From an uncultured Gemmatimonadaceae bacterium (GTDB lineage: Bacteria > Gemmatimonadota > Gemmatimonadetes > Gemmatimonadales > Gemmatimonadaceae), in the NCBI GenBank assembly GCA_963843845.1, contig CAWJMB010000002.1, forward strand, positions 2,336,001 through 2,400,000: a stretch of DNA of 64,000 nucleotides, read 5' to 3'. The translations under genes and the position numbers were made by a program. Positions 39,911-52,133 of the stretch are shown here, one piece after another. Under the pieces are notes generated by a model. That model ran no database searches. It was not told the origin of the DNA and worked only from the letters and a program-made list of their open reading frames with translations. Each line of letters opens with the position of its first letter. The first letter of the stretch is position 1.

Positions 39911-41163
39911 CGCGGCGCCGCCGGAAGCTCGACGCGGAACGTCGTTCCTTCGTGCGCGGCGCTGTCGACGACGATCCGTCCGCCGTGGTCGCGCACGATG
40001 CCATAGCAGATCGAGAGGCCGAGGCCCGTGCCCGCGCCGGGTTCTTTCGTCGTGTAGAATGGCTCGAAGATCTTCGTGAGCTCGTCGCGTGGGATCCCAG
40101 TTCCCTCGTCGATCACGGCGGCGCTCGCGGTGTCCGCGTCCGCCAGCGTCCGCACCGTGATCGCGTGCGACGCGCCGTCGCGCGCTTCGCGCTCGGCCAC
40201 CGCGTCGGCGGCGTTCAGCAGGAGCGCCATCATGACCTGCGTGAGCTGGTCGGGATCGGCGACCACGTGCGTGACGCCTGCCGGCGCGAGCTCCAGGTGC
40301 ACCACGGCGCGCTTGAATCGCTTGTGGTGTTTCAGCAGGAACAGCGTCTGTTCGACCACGACGTTCAGCTCGACGGGCACGCGGCGCACCGGCTTCGCAC
40401 GGCTGAAGTTCAGCAGGCCGTCGATGATGCCACGGCAGCGATGCACTTCGTGGTCGACGATCCGGAGATACTCGCTGAATCCCTGCGGTGCCGGCTTCGC
40501 CGGCGGCAGTTCGGCGATCGCGAGCGCCATCGTCTCGGCGCACGCGGCGATCGTCGCGAGCGGGTTGTTGATCTCGTGCATCACGCCGGCCGCGAGCTGC
40601 CCGATCGCCGCCAGCTTCTCCGCCTGTGCCGTTCGCTCGAGCGCCGCCCGCCACTCCGTCACGTCTTCACCGAGCGTGAGCACGTGCGTCACCAGCTCAT
40701 CGCCCGAACGCATCGGCACCTTCGTCAGTCGATACGTCCGCGCCTCGCCCGTGGAGCGCGACTCGATCTGGTAGTGCTGCGCCTCGCCGCTCGCGAACGC
40801 CTGGTCGAACTCCGCGCGCAGCACCTCCGCGTTCTGCCGAGGCAACACGTCGAAGATCGGCCTGCCCAGCGCCTCGTCGCGCGAGACGCCGGTCGTATCC
40901 GTCTCGCGCTTGTGGTTCCACAGCTGCACGCGGTACTCGCGGTCGATGACGTACAGCCCGACCGGCAACGCGTCGACCACGCGCTCGACCAACTCCCGGT
41001 GCGCGGCAGCGTCCACCGTGCGCCGCTCGACCTCGCGGTCGATCACGGCGGTCAGCGCCGACAGCGCGTTCCCCGTCGCCGAGTCGCTGTCCGGAGATGC
41101 GACGAGTCGTGCGACGACGTCGGCGATCTCGGCGAGCGCGCGGTCGGGCAGTCGGTCGGCCAC
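39907..41163 (-). CDS. Soluble PAS-domain histidine kinase (NtrB/ZraS-like)
   Basis: PAS region, EKLAAIGQLAAGVMHEINNPL, D.GTG, EPFYTTK, GTGLGLSI. Start uncertain. Confidence 0.9.
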   Translation of the reverse strand: MADRLPDRALAEIADVVARLVASPDSDSATGNALSALTAVIDREVERRTVDAAAHRELVERVVDALPVGLYVIDREYRVQLWNHKRETDTTGVSRDEALGRPIFDVLPRQNAEVLRAEFDQAFASGEAQHYQIESRSTGEARTYRLTKVPMRSGDELVTHVLTLGEDVTEWRAALERTAQAEKLAAIGQLAAGVMHEINNPLATIAACAETMALAIAELPPAKPAPQGFSEYLRIVDHEVHRCRGIIDGLLNFSRAKPVRRVPVELNVVVEQTLFLLKHHKRFKRAVVHLELAPAGVTHVVADPDQLTQVMMALLLNAADAVAEREARDGASHAITVRTLADADTASAAVIDEGTGIPRDELTKIFEPFYTTKEPGAGTGLGLSICYGIVRDHGGRIVVDSAAHEGTTFRVELPAAPR

Positions 41164-41174
41164 GTCGGTCGCGC

Positions 41175-41654
41175 TCAGCTCAACTTCGCGATCTCGGCGA
41201 GGATCTCGGCGTTCTCGCGGCGCTTGCCGGCATTCTCCTCGACGTGCGCCCAGCGCACGATGCCCTCGCGGTCGATGAGGAAATATGCGCGGTTCGCGAA
41301 GAAGAAGTCCTCGAGCAGCACGCCGTACGCGCGCGATGCGGTCCGCCTGAAGTCGCTCAGCATCTCGGTGCGCAGACCATACTTCGCGCGGAATTCCTTG
41401 AGCGTCGCATCCGAGTCGACGCTGACGGGCAGCACGGTCACCCCACACTCCGCGAACACGTCGTAGTCGTCGTTGAACGCGCAGACTTCCGCGGTACACG
41501 TGCTGGTGAACGCGAGCGGGAAGAACGCGACGAGCACGTTCTGCCCGCGGAGCGAGGAGAGCGACACGTCCTCGCGCGCCGTGTTGCGGAGCGTGAAGTC
41601 GGGGGCGAGCGAGCCGACGAGCGGGACGGCCGATGGCGTGGTCGGAGTGGTCAT
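41175..41654 (-). CDS. Peroxiredoxin (AhpC/TSA family, AhpE/BCP-like)
   Basis: APDFTL, FFPLAFTSTCTAEVC (PxxxTxxC), RAYFLID.EG. Upstream part of the ORF overlaps the tRNA. Confidence 0.92.
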   Translation of the reverse strand: MTTPTTPSAVPLVGSLAPDFTLRNTAREDVSLSSLRGQNVLVAFFPLAFTSTCTAEVCAFNDDYDVFAECGVTVLPVSVDSDATLKEFRAKYGLRTEMLSDFRRTASRAYGVLLEDFFFANRAYFLIDREGIVRWAHVEENAGKRRENAEILAEIAKLS

Positions 41655-41761
41655 GCTCCAGGTGCGGAAGACGGGCGTGAGTGCGCCACACAGCGACGCG
41701 CGGGACTCGTGGCGGAGCCCCGCGCGTCGGCACGGCATTCTCTGTTGGCGGACGTGCGAGA

Positions 41762-41834
41762 TGGAGCGTATCGGGCTCGAACCGATGACCCCCTGCTTGC
41801 AAAGCAGGTGCTCTCCCAACTGAGCTAACGCCCC
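41762..41834 (-). tRNA. tRNA-Ala (anticodon TGC)
   Basis: GGGGCGTTAGCTCAGTTGGGAGAGCACCTGCTTTGCAAGCAGGGGGTCATCGGTTCGAGCCCGATACGCTCCA; G3:U70 alanine identity pair. Confidence 0.97.
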
Positions 41835-41887
41835 GCGTACTTTACACGCCGAAAGTTATCACGTCCGACCTGCGAGAGGGAGCACCG

Positions 41888-42358
41888 ATGTCTGTGACCG
41901 AGGACGCACGACTCACCGTGCGCTGCGCGTTCTGCGAGACATGGAACCGCGTCGCCGCCGCGCGCGCCGCCGACCGGCCGAAGTGCGGCAAGTGCGCGCG
42001 ACCGATCCTGCTGGATCGCCCGCTGCCGCTCGACGACGAGACGTTCGCGCGAACGGTTGAGGGGAGCGACGTGCCGGTGCTGGTCGACTTCTACGCGGAC
42101 TGGTGCGGGCCGTGCAAGATGATGGCACCGGTCGTCGACGAGCTGGCGACACGCGTCCAGGGACGCGCGCTGATCGCGAAGCTGAATACCGACCGCGCGC
42201 CGTCCACATCGCAGCAGTACGGCATTCGTAGCATCCCGACCGTCATCGTGTTTCACGGCGGGCGCCCCGTGACGCAGCAGTCGGGTGCGGTCCGGATGCC
42301 GGAGCTCGAGTCGCTGCTCGCGAAGGCCGGAGTCCAGACAGCACCGCGCCCGGCCTGA
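41888..42358 (+). CDS. trxC: Thioredoxin 2 with N-terminal zinc finger
   Basis: CAFC...NRV...CGKC plus WCGPC. Confidence 0.93.
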   Translation: MSVTEDARLTVRCAFCETWNRVAAARAADRPKCGKCARPILLDRPLPLDDETFARTVEGSDVPVLVDFYADWCGPCKMMAPVVDELATRVQGRALIAKLNTDRAPSTSQQYGIRSIPTVIVFHGGRPVTQQSGAVRMPELESLLAKAGVQTAPRPA

Positions 42359-42440
42359 CGAGGCACGGTGAAATGCACGTGGGGCCGAGCCACGATGGCC
42401 CGGCCCCACGAGACGACCGCTCGGCCGCCCTGCCCGACGG

Positions 42441-43787
42441 CTACTCGTGCGCCGGCAGCGGCTCCATCGTCTTCGGATCGACGGGCACCTGTACTTCGTC
42501 GCGATACGGCGACGTCATCATGAAGATGCGCATCTTCGGGAAGGCGTCCATCCACGTCGTGTAGGACAGCCCCCAGAGCCCCAGCATCCCGACGCTGACG
42601 CCGATCTCCATGAGACCGACGGGCATCGCCGTCACCCCTTCCTGGATGCCGCCGTAGATCGACGGGTAGATCTCGAGGTAGCGGTGCAACCAGATGCCGA
42701 GCGTGCTCGACCCGGCGACGAAGAGCATCCACGGCGAGTACAGCTTCGGATACTTGCCGAGGAGCCCGAAGAACGGCACGACGAACACCATTAACGCGAT
42801 GGACGTCGTGAGCCCGGTCCATGGCTGCATCAGGCGCAGGCGGAAGAAGTGCGTCTCTTCCGGCAAGTTGCCGTACCAGATGACGAGGTACTGACTGAAC
42901 GTCAGGTAGCCCCAGAATGCCGTGAACGCGAAGCACAGCTTCCCGACGTCGTGAAAGTGCGTGTCGGTGATGACGTCGGGCACGTTCAGGTGGTTGCGCC
43001 ACGCGCGGAGCAGCATGGCCATCGTCATGAGCATGACGAGCCACCCGCCCATGAACACCTGCCAGCCGTACATCGTGCTCTGGAAGTGCAGCGACATGGT
43101 CATCGAATAGTCCCAGATCAGCACGGTCCACCCGTAACCGAACAGCAGACAGACGACGACGGCGAGCTTGCCCAACAGCGAGTGCGTGTCGTGCAGCTCG
43201 CGGCGCTCATCCCGGAATCCGCGGCGCATCCCGTCGCGGAGCCCTTTCGCCCACCCGGCGGCGCTCGGATCCTCCGGGGTCACCGCGACATCGAGGCGGA
43301 TCGAGCGGAGCACGAACCAGAGCGAGAACGCGGTCATCAGCCCGAAGATCACGACGCCGCGCAGCCGGAAGAACGTCGGATCGAGATACTGCGCCTTCTG
43401 GTGGACGTGGATCGCTTCGCGCGACCACTGATACAGGTGTGGCGCGCCGACGAACAGCATCAGGAGCAGGAGGACGAACGCGACCGGAAGGAACGCGACG
43501 TACCCTTCGGCGAACCGAACGATCGGGCGCGACCAGCGTGCCGTCGTCAGCCGTTGCACGGCCGCGAAGGCGACTCCGGCGCTCGAGACGATCGTGAAGA
43601 ACGTCCAGTTGAACTGGAGCGCCTGCCACGCGCGGTCCTGCCCGGTGGCGGCGCCGTAGATGAAGACGAGCGCGCCGAGTATGGCGAGCACCGCGGAGGC
43701 GAGCTTGATCGAGCGCGGGATCGGCTTGTTCTGCGTCGCGCGAACGAGCTCGTCGCGCGTGGGAACGTGAGCAGCGTGGAGACTCAC
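42441..43787 (-). CDS. actF: Alternative complex III subunit F
   Basis: Polytopic; ARWS.P..R.AE, HFQSTMYG, HFHDVGK..FAF..FW.Y..FSQYLVIWYGNLPEE. Confidence 0.9.
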   Translation of the reverse strand: MSLHAAHVPTRDELVRATQNKPIPRSIKLASAVLAILGALVFIYGAATGQDRAWQALQFNWTFFTIVSSAGVAFAAVQRLTTARWSRPIVRFAEGYVAFLPVAFVLLLLMLFVGAPHLYQWSREAIHVHQKAQYLDPTFFRLRGVVIFGLMTAFSLWFVLRSIRLDVAVTPEDPSAAGWAKGLRDGMRRGFRDERRELHDTHSLLGKLAVVVCLLFGYGWTVLIWDYSMTMSLHFQSTMYGWQVFMGGWLVMLMTMAMLLRAWRNHLNVPDVITDTHFHDVGKLCFAFTAFWGYLTFSQYLVIWYGNLPEETHFFRLRLMQPWTGLTTSIALMVFVVPFFGLLGKYPKLYSPWMLFVAGSSTLGIWLHRYLEIYPSIYGGIQEGVTAMPVGLMEIGVSVGMLGLWGLSYTTWMDAFPKMRIFMMTSPYRDEVQVPVDPKTMEPLPAHE

Positions 43788-44518
43788 GGTGTCCTCCCGG
43801 CAGTGCTATCGACCGCGGATGTCGTGGTCGGGGCCGTCGTCCCCGGCACCGTCGTCGCACCGGCACGGTACATCGGGGCCGGCCGCGTCGGCGCGCTCTG
43901 GGTGTAGCCGGGGACCGTCGCCCCGTTCTGACCGGGATATCCGTACGGCGCCGTGCCGCCGGTCGTGTTCGGCACCCGTCCCTGGAGCGCACGAACGTAG
44001 TTCACGACGTCCCAGCGATCCATTTCCTCGATGCGGTTGTATGTCGGCATCAGTCCGCGGCCGTTGCGGATGATGCCGTAGATGTAGCCGTCGGGACGGC
44101 CGCGAGTGAGATCGGTGTTCAGGTTGATCGACGGAACGCCGTACTTGGTCGTCGGTCCGTCACCGTTCCCGCCGAGGCCATGGCAGACGGCGCAGTTCGT
44201 CGTGAAGTACTTGCGACCGTTCTCGAGCGACGCCGGCGAGACCGCGGTCGGGTTCGCGATCGCGCCGAGCGAGTCGAGCGTCGCTGGCATCTGCATGTAG
44301 CTGATCTGGTACGACGGCGCCGCTCCGCCGGTCACGGGGACGGCGAAGCTCGGATTGCCGCGCGGCGCGTGCAGCGTGTCGTTGTCCATCTGCGACAGCG
44401 GCTCCCACGGCTCGACACGCGGTTGCGCCTTGAAGTCGGTGAACCAGTCGCAGGCGCCGAGCGCGAGCGTCAACGGCAGTGCGAGCAGCGCTCGACGGCA
44501 CGACGGATTAGCGCTCAC
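43784..44518 (-). CDS. actE: Alternative complex III subunit E, monoheme cytochrome c lipoprotein
   Basis: Lipobox LGAC, CAVCH, DGYIY..I.NGRGLMP.Y, RW.VVNYVR.LQ. Confidence 0.9.
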   Translation of the reverse strand: MSANPSCRRALLALPLTLALGACDWFTDFKAQPRVEPWEPLSQMDNDTLHAPRGNPSFAVPVTGGAAPSYQISYMQMPATLDSLGAIANPTAVSPASLENGRKYFTTNCAVCHGLGGNGDGPTTKYGVPSINLNTDLTRGRPDGYIYGIIRNGRGLMPTYNRIEEMDRWDVVNYVRALQGRVPNTTGGTAPYGYPGQNGATVPGYTQSAPTRPAPMYRAGATTVPGTTAPTTTSAVDSTAGRTP

Positions 44519-45008
44519 CGCGCACCTCCACCGCTCCGTTCCGGCGAAGCGTCTCTTCGGCAGCCTGCAACTTGTCGGGCGGGCACTCGACCCAGACGCC
44601 GAAGTCGCCGTGGCTGAAGCGCGGATCGTAACCGACCGTCATGGTCAGGCGAGGGATACGAGAGACGTAGAACATGCCGAACACCGTCGACAGCGCGCCG
44701 ACGAGCACCATGACCTCGAAGCCGATGATCGTGTAGGGGATCCACGACCCGATCGCCTTGCCGCCGGTGACCAGGGGCCAGTACTCCGACGTCCAGATCG
44801 CGATCCAATAGCCGAACGTGACGCCGAGCAGCCCGCCGATCAGCGTGAAGCGGCGAACGGGGCTCGGGGGCGAGCCCAACGCCTCTTCGAGCTCGTGGCG
44901 CGGCGTCGGCGTGTACACCGTCAGATCGCCGACGCGCGCCTTGCGCAGCTCTTCGACGGCGTGCACCGCGGCGTCCAGCTCGCGGAATGCTCCGATGACT
45001 CCTTGCAT
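44508..45008 (-). CDS. actD: Alternative complex III subunit D (DUF3341)
   Basis: From ATG 45008: VYTP.P.H, YWPLVTGGK, FEVMVL, YDPRFS...F. Confidence 0.9.
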   Translation of the reverse strand: MQGVIGAFRELDAAVHAVEELRKARVGDLTVYTPTPRHELEEALGSPPSPVRRFTLIGGLLGVTFGYWIAIWTSEYWPLVTGGKAIGSWIPYTIIGFEVMVLVGALSTVFGMFYVSRIPRLTMTVGYDPRFSHGDFGVWVECPPDKLQAAEETLRRNGAVEVRGER

Positions 45009-46495
45009 CAGGCGAACTCCCCCGGCGTATCCGGCTCGAAGGGCTGGTGACGACCGGCCGTGTCGACGTGCGAGTCGTGCGCGCCGTGCGCGTGAGCCCC
45101 ACCGTGGCCGCCGCGCATCTTCGGCGGGATGATCTCCTTGATCTCGGCGAGGGCGAACACGGGGAGCTGCTTCGTGAACAGCAGGAACCACATGAAGAAC
45201 CAGCCGAACGAGCCGACGAGGAAGGCCATGTCGACCCAGCTCGGAACGTAGGTGCTCCACTGCCACGGCTCGAACTCGTGCGTCAGCGACGGGACGACGA
45301 TGACGAACCGCTCGTACCACATGCCGAGATTGATGAACAGACTCAGGATGAACAGCCACGTCGTGTTGCGCCGGAGCTTCTGCGACCAGAGCGACATCGG
45401 CATGATCATGTTGCAGCAGAGCAGGATCCACGCGCTCCACCACCACTGCCCGAACACGCGGTTGTAGAAGTACTCCTGCTCGTAGCGGTTGCCGCTATAC
45501 CAGGCGATGAAGAACTCGGTCAGGTACGCGAGCCCCACGACCATCGACACGAACAGCACGACCTTCGCCGTCGCATCGAGCTGGTTGAGCGTGACGTAGT
45601 GCTTGAGGTTGAAGAACCGCCGGATCGGGATGACGATCGTCCACACCATCGCGAAGCCGGAGAAGATGGCGCCGGCGACGAAGTAGGGGGGGAAGATCGT
45701 GGCGTGCCACCCGGGCGTCAGCGCCATCGCGAAGTCGAACGACACGACGGAGTGCACCGAGAGCACGAGCGGCGTACTGAACGCGGCGAGGAAGAGATAC
45801 GCACGCGCGAAGTGCCGCCATTCCCGATCCGAGTTCCGCCAGCCGAGCGAGAGGATCGAGAAGATCCGCTTTCGCACCGGGTTGGTCTCGCGATCGCGCA
45901 GCACCGCGATGTCGGGGATGAGGCCGACGTAGAGGAACGTCGTCGAGATCGTCAGATACGTCGAGATGGCGAAGACGTCCCAGACGAGCGGCGACTTGAA
46001 ATTCGGCCAGATGAGCCGCCAGTTCGGGTACGGAATCAGCCAGTAGAACTTCCACGGGCGCCCGATGTGAATGATCGGGAAGAGTCCGGCGGTCATGACG
46101 GCGAACACCGTCATCGCTTCCGAGACGCGGTAGATCGTCGTGCGGAAGCCGGCGCGGAACAGGTAGAGAATGGCCGAGATCAGCGTCCCGGCGTGCCCGA
46201 TGCCGACCCAGAAGACGAACGTGATGATGTAGACGCCCCACATGTTCGGCGGCTCGTACCCCGCCTGCCCGAGTCCCCAGTAGATCTGGTAGACCCAGGC
46301 CGAGGCGCCGATGAGCATGCAGAGAATCGCGGCGCCGAGCGCGGCGAACCATCCGCCGGTCGGCGACATCGTCGCGGTGATCTCGTTGTCGACCTGTTCG
46401 TAGTCGCGAACGGCCGGCAGCTGAACGTCGGCCGACGCGATGTTGGGCAGATCGCGGTCGTCGCGAGCACCGACGGGGCGTGCGAGGGTCGCCAT
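45008..46495 (-). CDS. actC: Alternative complex III subunit C (NrfD/PsrC family)
   Basis: FVFWVGIGHAGTLISAIL, HIGRPW, NFKSPLVWDVFAISTY, SVHSVVSFDFA, PGWH.TIFPPYFVAGAIFSG. Confidence 0.95.
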   Translation of the reverse strand: MATLARPVGARDDRDLPNIASADVQLPAVRDYEQVDNEITATMSPTGGWFAALGAAILCMLIGASAWVYQIYWGLGQAGYEPPNMWGVYIITFVFWVGIGHAGTLISAILYLFRAGFRTTIYRVSEAMTVFAVMTAGLFPIIHIGRPWKFYWLIPYPNWRLIWPNFKSPLVWDVFAISTYLTISTTFLYVGLIPDIAVLRDRETNPVRKRIFSILSLGWRNSDREWRHFARAYLFLAAFSTPLVLSVHSVVSFDFAMALTPGWHATIFPPYFVAGAIFSGFAMVWTIVIPIRRFFNLKHYVTLNQLDATAKVVLFVSMVVGLAYLTEFFIAWYSGNRYEQEYFYNRVFGQWWWSAWILLCCNMIMPMSLWSQKLRRNTTWLFILSLFINLGMWYERFVIVVPSLTHEFEPWQWSTYVPSWVDMAFLVGSFGWFFMWFLLFTKQLPVFALAEIKEIIPPKMRGGHGGAHAHGAHDSHVDTAGRHQPFEPDTPGEFA

Positions 46496-46496
46496 G

Positions 46497-49568
<3,072 letters not shown>

Positions 49569-49605
49569 GAATGGTCAGATAAGAGGAGCGCGATCCGATC
49601 AGTCA

Positions 49606-50271
49606 TCAGTAGTGGCAGACGGCGCAGTCGTAGCGCGCCTTGCGCACCGGCATCGCCGCGGCGGCCTTCACGACCGAGTCGGGCGCGCCAGCGAGCCTGG
49701 CGCCTTCGGCCGGGTTGTAGCCCTGCACGTGGCAGTTGATGCACCAGCCCATGTTCAGCGACGCATACTGATACGGCGTCGACTTCATGTTCTGGATCTC
49801 GCCGTGACAGCTCTGACAGGTGACGCCGGCGTTCACGTGCCGCATGTGCGGGAACTGCACGTAATCCGGCACCTTGTGCACGCGCACCCACGGAATCGGC
49901 CGCGCCTTCGCCCCGAGCGGGGCGCCGAGCCCCTTGATGTCGGCGTACTGCCAGAGCTTCTGCAGCTCCTCGCTCTTCCGCTTCGGGCCGAGGTCCGACG
50001 CGGGGCGGTCGGGGCCGACGATCGAGTGGCAGCCGACGCACGTGCTCACCGCCGGCAGCCCAGGGTCGGGCGACTTGTTCGCCGAGAAGTGACAGTAGAC
50101 GCAGTTCATGCCCAGCGACTTCACGTGCGTCTGGTGCGGGAACGCGATCGGCTGGTCGGGCTGTCGCCCGCGTGAGCTCGATGCACCACTGTAAGCCGAC
50201 AGCACGGTGGCGGCGGCCGCCAGGGCGAGGAACCCCGGAATCGCCGTCCACTTGCGTCTCTTCGTCATCAA
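49606..50271 (-). CDS. actA: Alternative complex III subunit A, pentaheme cytochrome c
   Basis: QPIAFPH..H; five CxxCH motifs (CVYCH, CVGCH, CQSCH, CINCH, CAVCH); MGWC. Confidence 0.92.
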   Translation of the reverse strand: MMTKRRKWTAIPGFLALAAAATVLSAYSGASSSRGRQPDQPIAFPHQTHVKSLGMNCVYCHFSANKSPDPGLPAVSTCVGCHSIVGPDRPASDLGPKRKSEELQKLWQYADIKGLGAPLGAKARPIPWVRVHKVPDYVQFPHMRHVNAGVTCQSCHGEIQNMKSTPYQYASLNMGWCINCHVQGYNPAEGARLAGAPDSVVKAAAAMPVRKARYDCAVCHY

Positions 50272-50313
50272 TGCGCCCTGATCAGAGGGGAATATCCGAA
50301 CGGATCGCTCTCC

Positions 50314-50333
50314 TTTGTGAATGCTTTCACAAA
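50314..50333. promoter_or_regulatory. Palindromic operator matching the Rex consensus (also the CRP core)
   Basis: TTTGTGAA-TGCT-TTCACAAA, about 42 bp upstream of the actA start. Confidence 0.75.
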
Positions 50334-50403
50334 GTCGGCAAAGTGCGGCGTAACATGACCGGGGCTCACAGGCGAAGCAACCCCCGCGTGTACACCTGCG
50401 CCG

Positions 50404-51198
50404 TTAGTCACCGGTGCGATTTTCCGGGGGACCCGAGCGCGGCCGCGCGAACGCGGCAGCGTCGGTGATCGCCGCTGCACGCAGGTCGTCCGGCAGCAAG
50501 TCGAGGCTCGATCTCGGCGCCTGCGTGAGACGGAGCGGCCACCCGGTGCCGTACACGAAACGCGCCGGGCCGAGGGTGCGGAACATCGCGGAGAGGTGGT
50601 CCTCCGGCGGCCCCCACACGCAACAGAAGTCGAACCACAACCGTGCCCGCTCTCGCTCGGTGAGCGACCAGAAGATCTCCTCGATCAGGTCGCGGCCGGC
50701 GTGAGTCAGCACCGTCGGTGGCGCGTTCTCCGCGCGGATGAACGCCCGCACGTGCGCGGCGGTGAGGTCCGACGAGACGTCGAGCGGGTGACGCTGCCGG
50801 ACGTCCTCGAACCGCACCGTGAACACGACGACGAGTCCGGCCTCGGCGCACGCGGCGCCGAGTCGCCCCAGCGAGCCGTCGCCGGGCGCCAGCCCCCACT
50901 GCATCGGATAGACCCGCACGGCCGGCGCGCCCGCCGCGACCGCGGCCGCGACCTGACGCTCGACGCCGGGCCAGTCCGGGCGGATGCACGGTGCAGGATG
51001 GAGCGTCGGATACGGAGCGAGCGCGGCGTAGAGCTCGGTGTTCCCGGGCGACGGATCGCGCCAGAAGGCCGACGGCAGGTGACCGACCCACGCACCGCTC
51101 AACCCTTCGCGCGCGACGACTCGCGCCAGCACCGCAGGCTCCGGGTGTGGCACGTGGCGGTACGGAAAGCCGCCGATCCAGGCGTTGACGTCGATCAC
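50404..51198 (-). CDS. Amidohydrolase-fold protein with non-canonical metal motif
   Basis: GTG 51198: IDVNAWIG.FPYR, EDVRQRHP, RFVYGTGWP; 3' part of ORF 50404..53319. Confidence 0.75.
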   Translation of the reverse strand: MIDVNAWIGGFPYRHVPHPEPAVLARVVAREGLSGAWVGHLPSAFWRDPSPGNTELYAALAPYPTLHPAPCIRPDWPGVERQVAAAVAAGAPAVRVYPMQWGLAPGDGSLGRLGAACAEAGLVVVFTVRFEDVRQRHPLDVSSDLTAAHVRAFIRAENAPPTVLTHAGRDLIEEIFWSLTERERARLWFDFCCVWGPPEDHLSAMFRTLGPARFVYGTGWPLRLTQAPRSSLDLLPDDLRAAAITDAAAFARPRSGPPENRTGD

Positions 51199-52133
51199 GG
51201 CGAGGGCCGCGGCGGGGAGGGCGGCGGCGACGCCCGGGAGAAGGACGCCGGTGGGAAGATCGACGCCGCGGTGCCCCACCGGATCGCCGAGAGGTCGTCG
51301 GCGCCGAGCCCGACGTGGTCGAGCGCACGAAGCTTCGCGAGGCCCGTCTCGATCGTCACGTCGCATGCCCAGAGGAGCCGGCGCGGGCCGACGGCGGAGA
51401 GCGCGCCGTCGAGCATACCCCGATCGACGCCCGAGCCGGACAGGTCGAGGTAGACGTTCGGCAGCTCCACGACGGCGTGATACGTGTGCATGTAATCCCC
51501 CCCGCCGCCGACGTGCGCGAGGATGAACCGCGTGTTCGGATGGCGCGCCGCGAGACGCCCCAGCTCCTCGCCGTCGGACGCCTCCTGCATCGGCCAGTCG
51601 CGACGGCGCCACTGCCAGACGTGGTGCAGGATCGGGACGCCGCGTGCGCCCGCGAGCGACGCGACGTCGTCGAGCAGTGCGTCGTCGGCGCGGCGGCTCG
51701 CCGCGAGTTTGACGCCGATCGCCCCGCGCGCGACGCACCGCTCGATCTCGCCGAGCGCGTGTGCCGGAAAGTTCGGGTTCACGGCCGCGTACGCGCGAAC
51801 GCGATCCGGGAGCGCATCGGCGACCGCGAGCATGACGTCGTTGCCGAACGTGACGTCGTCCGGCGACGGGAAGTACGTCGGCGAGGTGTGCCCCCAACTG
51901 CCCAACACGGACGCGACGTGCCAGCCGATGCCGATCCGCTCGCCGGACCGCATGCGTGCGAGATTCACCGCCGCCCAGTCGCCGCGCGGCGTACGCTGGT
52001 GGAAGAAGTGCGCGTGTACGTCGATCAGCGGCTGCGCGCCGGCGAGCGGCGTCCGCACCGGAGGAAGCGCCGCGTAGTCGGTCGCGAGTGTGCGCGCGGC
52101 GAGCGCCGCGTCGTCGAGCGTGGACGCGGTCAC
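51195..52133 (-). CDS. Amidohydrolase family protein (Amidohydro_2-like)
   Basis: IDVHAH, VNP, GAIGVKL, PILHH, FILAHVGGGG, NVYLDLSGSG, RLLWACD. Confidence 0.85.
   Translation of the reverse strand: MTASTLDDAALAARTLATDYAALPPVRTPLAGAQPLIDVHAHFFHQRTPRGDWAAVNLARMRSGERIGIGWHVASVLGSWGHTSPTYFPSPDDVTFGNDVMLAVADALPDRVRAYAAVNPNFPAHALGEIERCVARGAIGVKLAASRRADDALLDDVASLAGARGVPILHHVWQWRRRDWPMQEASDGEELGRLAARHPNTRFILAHVGGGGDYMHTYHAVVELPNVYLDLSGSGVDRGMLDGALSAVGPRRLLWACDVTIETGLAKLRALDHVGLGADDLSAIRWGTAASIFPPASFSRASPPPSPPRPSP

Noticed and set aside
41655..41819. N-terminal extensions of the peroxiredoxin and kinase ORFs
   Set aside because: They run through the tRNA-Ala gene; the real starts are downstream.
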